20,000 nt of DNA from an uncultured virus (IMG/VR IMGVR_UViG_3300009419_000015) (Duplodnaviria > Heunggongvirae > Uroviricota > Caudoviricetes). Under the pieces are notes generated by a model. It ran no database searches. It was given only the letters and a program-made list of their open reading frames with translations, and was not told the origin of the DNA. A program made the position numbers and the translations under genes. The DNA lies in the IMG/VR virus record IMGVR_UViG_3300009419_000015; one strand, 5' to 3'. Of the stretch, positions 15,779 through 20,000 are shown piece by piece; the first letter of the stretch is position 1, and the number at the start of each line of letters is the position of its first letter.

Positions 15779-17224
15779 ATGGCTAGGACAAAGAAAAAAC
15801 CGGTAGTCGATATAGACATATTAAATGGTGACCAGCGAGCCGCTTTCGAACAATTGCGTGATTATCTATATGACAGAGAGGATGATAGCGTATATGTGCT
15901 TAAAGGATGGGCTGGTACAGGTAAAACGTTTTGTATTAGCATACTTATAAAATACGCTCTTGAAGTTATACACCCAACACATAATTGGTATAAGATTGGT
16001 GTTACCGGTCCCACTAATAAATCGGTTAGGGTTATTAAAAAAACGAGCGGTCTTAGAAATTCTAGAGTTACATTTCAGACTATACATAAATTATTGGGAT
16101 TAACCGAAAGGATAACAAAGGATGGTCAGCAGGAGTTTGTTAATCAGGGTGACTTTAAACCTCAGATCAATTCGGTTAAGCTTCTTATCATTGACGAGGT
16201 TTCAATGCTTAATGATGATCTATTCCACGAGATATTAAAATACCGGGAGAAGATAAAGATCATATGTATGGGCGATCCTGCACAGATCCCGCCGGTAGGT
16301 AAACCAGACTGTATACCATTTAGAGATGAATTGGCAGATGCTTATCGAATTAAAACTCTACAGCTCAAACAGATAATGAGACAAAAGGAGGATAATCCGA
16401 TTATAGACACATCTGTTCTTATCCGAGAGGATATTTACAACGATAAGATCAATACTGGAAATGAGACCAAGGTAAATGAGATAGGTGAAGGTATAGAATA
16501 TCTAAATCTAAATCTGCCTGAGACAAGGAAGGGATTTTCAGAAAAGCTAAAAGAGTACTTTGTGACCGATGAATTCGTTAAGGATTCAGAGTATGCTAAA
16601 ATAATAGCATGGAGAAATAAAACGGTATCCACTATGAATGCTATTATTAGAAAAGCAATATATGGTGAGATCTCAGAAACTTCCAAAATACTAAATGGTG
16701 AAAAGCTAATCGCAAACAATCCAGTTATACAGGATGATGCTGTTATACTTAATACAAATGAGGAGTTTACTGTTGAGAGCTTCAGTCTCAATAGTGAGGA
16801 ACTTAGTCTGATCATTAGCGAAAATCCTGATGATGACACCATGAAGGTTAATCTGAAATATTATGACACAATAGTTAGCCTGGTCGATGACGATGGAGAT
16901 TTAATAAAATATAATATTGAAATTCTTCATGAGGATAGTGAGCATGAGTTTCAGAAGGTTGCTAATATACTTAAATTAAAAGCTATACAGACCAAGGGAA
17001 GAAATAAGTCATGGATCAGATATTATGGATTTATTCGAAGATACGCGGACGTAAATTTTGCATATGCTATTAGCTGTCACAAATCGCAAGGGAGCACATA
17101 CAATACAACATTTGTTCTGGATGATGATATTGATATGAACTGGAATATAGTTGAGAGAAACAGAATTAAATACACCGCATATACTAGGGCGAGCAGAAAA
17201 TTATACGTTCTTAAAAGATTCTAA
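15779..17224 (+). CDS. dda: Dda/RecD-like superfamily 1B DNA helicase
   Basis: Walker A GWAGTGKT, PTNKSV, TIHKLL, IIDEVSM, GDPAQIPPV, IMRQ, YAISCHKSQGSTY and YTAYTRA. Confidence 0.92.
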   Translation: MARTKKKPVVDIDILNGDQRAAFEQLRDYLYDREDDSVYVLKGWAGTGKTFCISILIKYALEVIHPTHNWYKIGVTGPTNKSVRVIKKTSGLRNSRVTFQTIHKLLGLTERITKDGQQEFVNQGDFKPQINSVKLLIIDEVSMLNDDLFHEILKYREKIKIICMGDPAQIPPVGKPDCIPFRDELADAYRIKTLQLKQIMRQKEDNPIIDTSVLIREDIYNDKINTGNETKVNEIGEGIEYLNLNLPETRKGFSEKLKEYFVTDEFVKDSEYAKIIAWRNKTVSTMNAIIRKAIYGEISETSKILNGEKLIANNPVIQDDAVILNTNEEFTVESFSLNSEELSLIISENPDDDTMKVNLKYYDTIVSLVDDDGDLIKYNIEILHEDSEHEFQKVANILKLKAIQTKGRNKSWIRYYGFIRRYADVNFAYAISCHKSQGSTYNTTFVLDDDIDMNWNIVERNRIKYTAYTRASRKLYVLKRF

Positions 17225-17287
17225 AAATCAATTACTGTTGAAATAAAATCCATGATTAATCATATAATAAAAATAAATAAAATAATG

Positions 17288-17953
17288 ATGAGTAAAGAAA
17301 TACGACAAGATATTGATGAAGTTAAGAGCTTTAATCAATTCGTAAATGAAAATAGCGAATTTACGGGAAAGGAAATTGAGTCTATATTTGATAGCACAAA
17401 AAAATATATCTCAGAAAATAATAAAACAGATAATCATTATCACAATAATAAACACATGGTTGACGTTTTCAATAACTCCATGACATTGTTTAATGAGTAT
17501 AAGAAGGAATATGAATTAAAATCCAGGGATAAACTTTGTTTAGGTTTAGCTGCACTATTTCACGATTTTGGCCACTCAGGGGGTAAATTAAAAGATGATG
17601 AAAATATCGAAATTGCATTAAAAGAGTTAAAAATTTACCTGGATACAATAAACAAATCAGATTTATATGGTAATATAGAGAAGATCATAAATGCAACTGA
17701 ATTCCCTCATAAAGATATCAATTTAGATATTTTACAAAAAATTATTAGAGATGCCGACACAATGGGTGGGATCACTGGAGACTGGATATCGGTTGTAAAA
17801 TCATTAGCTAAAGAATATAATAAATCATTCGATGAATTTATCCCGACCCAGATAAAATTTATAGAAACTGCTAAATATAATACAGATTACTGTAACGAAT
17901 TATTAAAAAACAACAAGGAAGAGATCATTTCTGAATTAAAGAAAATGATATAA
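17288..17953 (+). CDS. HD-domain phosphohydrolase with class I cyclic-nucleotide phosphodiesterase-like signature
   Basis: NHYHNNKHMVDV, AALFHDFGHSG, INATEFP and IIRDAD. The start is probably ATG 17285 or 17288 after an A-rich tract rather than 17252. Confidence 0.8.
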   Translation: MSKEIRQDIDEVKSFNQFVNENSEFTGKEIESIFDSTKKYISENNKTDNHYHNNKHMVDVFNNSMTLFNEYKKEYELKSRDKLCLGLAALFHDFGHSGGKLKDDENIEIALKELKIYLDTINKSDLYGNIEKIINATEFPHKDINLDILQKIIRDADTMGGITGDWISVVKSLAKEYNKSFDEFIPTQIKFIETAKYNTDYCNELLKNNKEEIISELKKMI

Positions 17954-17998
17954 ATCATTTAATTGATTCCAGTAAATTCCATTAATTGAATAGGGTCG

Positions 17999-18040
17999 AA
18001 ATAAAATCCTGGATTATTTTTATAGTCCGGGATTTTATTT
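17999..18040 (+). terminator. Hairpin/terminator overlapping the next promoter
   Basis: AAATAAAATCCTGGATTA..TAGTCCGGGATTTTATTT stem with G-U pairs. Confidence 0.7.
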
Positions 18041-18048
18041 TATATTTG
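18027..18048 (+). promoter_or_regulatory. Putative early/host-type promoter
   Basis: CCG-N11-TATATTTG ends 9 nt before ATG 18058. Confidence 0.65.
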
Positions 18049-18057
18049 TAGAAATTA

Positions 18058-18708
18058 ATGAAAGTAATTATGCTAGTAGACATATCCAAGGGAGAAAATG
18101 AAGTTTTAGATTCGATAAGGGGTTCAGAAAAGTACAAGGAAAGGGAATTCCAAAACACATATTACAGTGCAGTTTCCGAAATGCGAAAGATCGTTGAAGC
18201 AGCCAAGATCTACATTTTGGATAATTACCAGAAGATTCAAGATTATTCAGATCTTAGTCTGATGATGAGATGCGGCAACCATAAGGGAACAGTCTACATC
18301 GGTAAAAGAGATCAGGAAAGAAAGTTCTCATCCGAGGTATTGGCTAATATCATGAAGGAGATCGAAGAAAAAACCATACAGGTTGATAAATTCGACCTAG
18401 CGGTTTATGATTGGTCAGACGGAGATTTTTCGGTAGTTTTCAATGGTGTATCTTATAACTGGATAGATTCTGATTCAATTATATCAATAGCAGATCATAT
18501 AGAGAATGGATTGGTCAAATCAGAGGCATGCATATGCGTGGATAAATTTGATAATGTGATATCGGAAGGCGATATTCTGGATGTGCAAATGGCTGGCGAA
18601 CATAAGGTTTATTCAAAGAATGGTGAATTGTACTTTAAACCATATGGTGAAGAATCTAAAGTCAGAGACTATTTTTCCAATGACATAGTGATAGTTAAGA
18701 AAAAGTAG
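18058..18708 (+). CDS. Hypothetical protein with C-terminal YopX-like motif
   Basis: DKFDNVISEGDILDV resembles the YopX D-K-x-G-x-x-I-x-E-G-D-I motif; the N-terminal part is unknown. Confidence 0.65.
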   Translation: MKVIMLVDISKGENEVLDSIRGSEKYKEREFQNTYYSAVSEMRKIVEAAKIYILDNYQKIQDYSDLSLMMRCGNHKGTVYIGKRDQERKFSSEVLANIMKEIEEKTIQVDKFDLAVYDWSDGDFSVVFNGVSYNWIDSDSIISIADHIENGLVKSEACICVDKFDNVISEGDILDVQMAGEHKVYSKNGELYFKPYGEESKVRDYFSNDIVIVKKK

Positions 18709-18733
18709 AAATCAAGTTAATAAAGAATTAATT

Positions 18734-19255
18734 ATGGAATTTCAAAAATGGTTTGACGAGAAATTAGTTATTGGTGCATTTCCGATTATTAATAACGAAT
18801 TTTACAATTCAAAAAATTATGATTACGTTATAAATGTCAGTGATGAGTACTATAAAAATATTGCATCTGACATTAGAGACGGAAATCATGAAATAAATAC
18901 CTTCTGGTTTCCTATGAATGAAGCTAAGAAAGACGTTGGATTGAATTCAATATACGGTGCAATGGTTATATTACTCGAAGCAGAAACACTTAACAAGAAG
19001 GTGTATCTACATTGTCACGCTGGAGTAAACAGAAGCAGGTGTGTACAGGCAGCATATTATTTTATGCGGACTGGCAAACAATTGGAAATAGAAACTAATG
19101 GTTACATTAATAGATTTGTGGCTATGTGCTCAAGAGGATATCTACCACCAAAAATTGAAAGTGAGAATTTCCTTATCGAGTTAGGAAAACAATTAGATTC
19201 AATAAAAATGATGGGTGGTATTTTAGATCACTGTAAATTGGAAACAATAAAATGA
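18734..19255 (+). CDS. Dual-specificity (CX5R) phosphatase-like protein
   Basis: LVIGAFP, YVINVS and P-loop VYLHCHAGVNRS. Confidence 0.88.
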   Translation: MEFQKWFDEKLVIGAFPIINNEFYNSKNYDYVINVSDEYYKNIASDIRDGNHEINTFWFPMNEAKKDVGLNSIYGAMVILLEAETLNKKVYLHCHAGVNRSRCVQAAYYFMRTGKQLEIETNGYINRFVAMCSRGYLPPKIESENFLIELGKQLDSIKMMGGILDHCKLETIK

Positions 19256-19506
19256 AAATAGACGAACAGCAGTATCTAAATGCGAAGTCAATCGTGGAAA
19301 GATACGAAAGTGAGAAAGCAAGATTGGATAAGATTAAAGGACATTCTATTTGCCCTTTCTGTAGTGGAACCAAAACGAAACCTTTCATAAGAGCATTCTC
19401 TAATCAGAATTGCACATCATGCGACATTAATGGTAATATCAGCAATAGAAAATTATCGGAGATGGGGCTCGATGATTTCATGCAAAAAGAATTAAGTGTG
19501 AATTAA
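19252..19506 (+). CDS. Small zinc-finger protein (CxxCxG..CxxC)
   Basis: CPFCSGT...CTSCDING; ATGA overlap with the previous gene. Confidence 0.72.
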   Translation: MKIDEQQYLNAKSIVERYESEKARLDKIKGHSICPFCSGTKTKPFIRAFSNQNCTSCDINGNISNRKLSEMGLDDFMQKELSVN

Positions 19507-19524
19507 AAAGAATATTGATTGAAT

Positions 19525-20000
19525 ATGAAATACGATATAAAAATATTAAACGATTACATAAGCAGAGGTCTACTTGAGAAAAATCCTCATCCGACTCTTC
19601 CAATAGCTGTCTATAACTATTCCAGAGAAGTTCAATATGATAATAATTGGGATGATATAACATTGGCCATGCGGGGAACAATAATAGATGATGAAGGGTA
19701 TGTTGTTGCATCTGCATTTCCTAAATTCTTCAATTACGAGGAAGTCGCAGATAAGGTTCCGCTGAGAGGTGACTATGTCTATGTACAGGAAAAGGTTGAC
19801 GGATCTCTGGGATTACTTTTTTATTATGCTGATGAATGGCATTTAGCTACCAAGGGATCTTTTACGTCAGACCAAGCAAAGAGGGGGATGAAGATACTGA
19901 AAGAGAAATATAAACTCTTCGATCAGATTTTCATGACCCACGTAACCTATATTGTTGAAATAATTTATCCAGAAAACAGAATAGTCGTTGATTATAAGGG
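19525..20000 (+). CDS. rnlA: T4 Rnl1 (RnlA)-family RNA ligase; 3' partial (not in ORF track)
   Basis: Hand translation gives MKYDIKILNDY..VYNYS..MRGTIID..FPKFFNYEE..QEKVDGSLG (motif I KxDG)..ATKGSFTSDQA..VEIIYPENRIVVDY. The frame is open to the window end. Confidence 0.92.
   Translation, partial: MKYDIKILNDYISRGLLEKNPHPTLPIAVYNYSREVQYDNNWDDITLAMRGTIIDDEGYVVASAFPKFFNYEEVADKVPLRGDYVYVQEKVDGSLGLLFYYADEWHLATKGSFTSDQAKRGMKILKEKYKLFDQIFMTHVTYIVEIIYPENRIVVDYK

Noticed and set aside
709..19717. Antisense or out-of-frame short ORFs nested in larger genes (e.g. 709, 1831, 1835, 2169, 2752, 3178, 4507, 4734, 5196, 5952, 7063, 7865, 9063, 9748, 10499, 12965, 12972, 13177, 13356, 13816, 14562, 15487, 15866, 16435, 19173, 19478)
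   Set aside because: They largely overlap well-supported genes, have no motifs and have poor start contexts.
1..20000. Stop-codon reassignment (TAG or TGA), as in some large and crAss-like phages
   Set aside because: Recognisable genes are intact in the standard code. TAG ends complete genes (endolysin, exonuclease) and TGA occurs in ATGA overlaps.
1..20000. Bacterial chromosome or NCLDV origin
   Set aside because: The endolysin, Dda-like helicase, Rnl1, intrinsic terminators and many small ORFans fit a large bacteriophage better, although no capsid or terminase gene is in the window.

Overview
AT-rich, gene-dense 20 kb fragment that most likely comes from a large (jumbo/huge) dsDNA phage of a Bacteroidota host. 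The host inference rests on TAnnTTTG promoters and A-rich, mostly Shine-Dalgarno-less starts. TAA, TAG and TGA all act as stops, so the genetic code looks standard. Recognisable products are a CX5R phosphatase (5' partial), thioredoxin, a PG-binding/GH19 endolysin, two lipoproteins, a DEDDh exonuclease, an OmpA-C-domain protein lacking a signal peptide, a lectin-like/glycosyltransferase fusion, a PTH2-like protein, an AEP-like protein, a Dda/RecD-like helicase, a class I PDE-like HD protein, a second CX5R phosphatase and a T4 Rnl1-type RNA ligase (3' partial). Two regulatory motifs partition the window. One is (T-run)..YCG-N11-TAnATTTG (5 copies, before accessory/early-type operons). The other is RATATATA, found before the endolysin and the large hypothetical genes. 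Most genes of that second class, plus the HD protein, carry N-terminal leaders resembling the T4 capsid-targeting sequence with a prohead-protease [ILV]xE site, which suggests a set of virion-packaged proteins. No tRNA, rRNA, CRISPR array or mobile element was seen. All functional calls come from motif recognition by eye; no database search was run.
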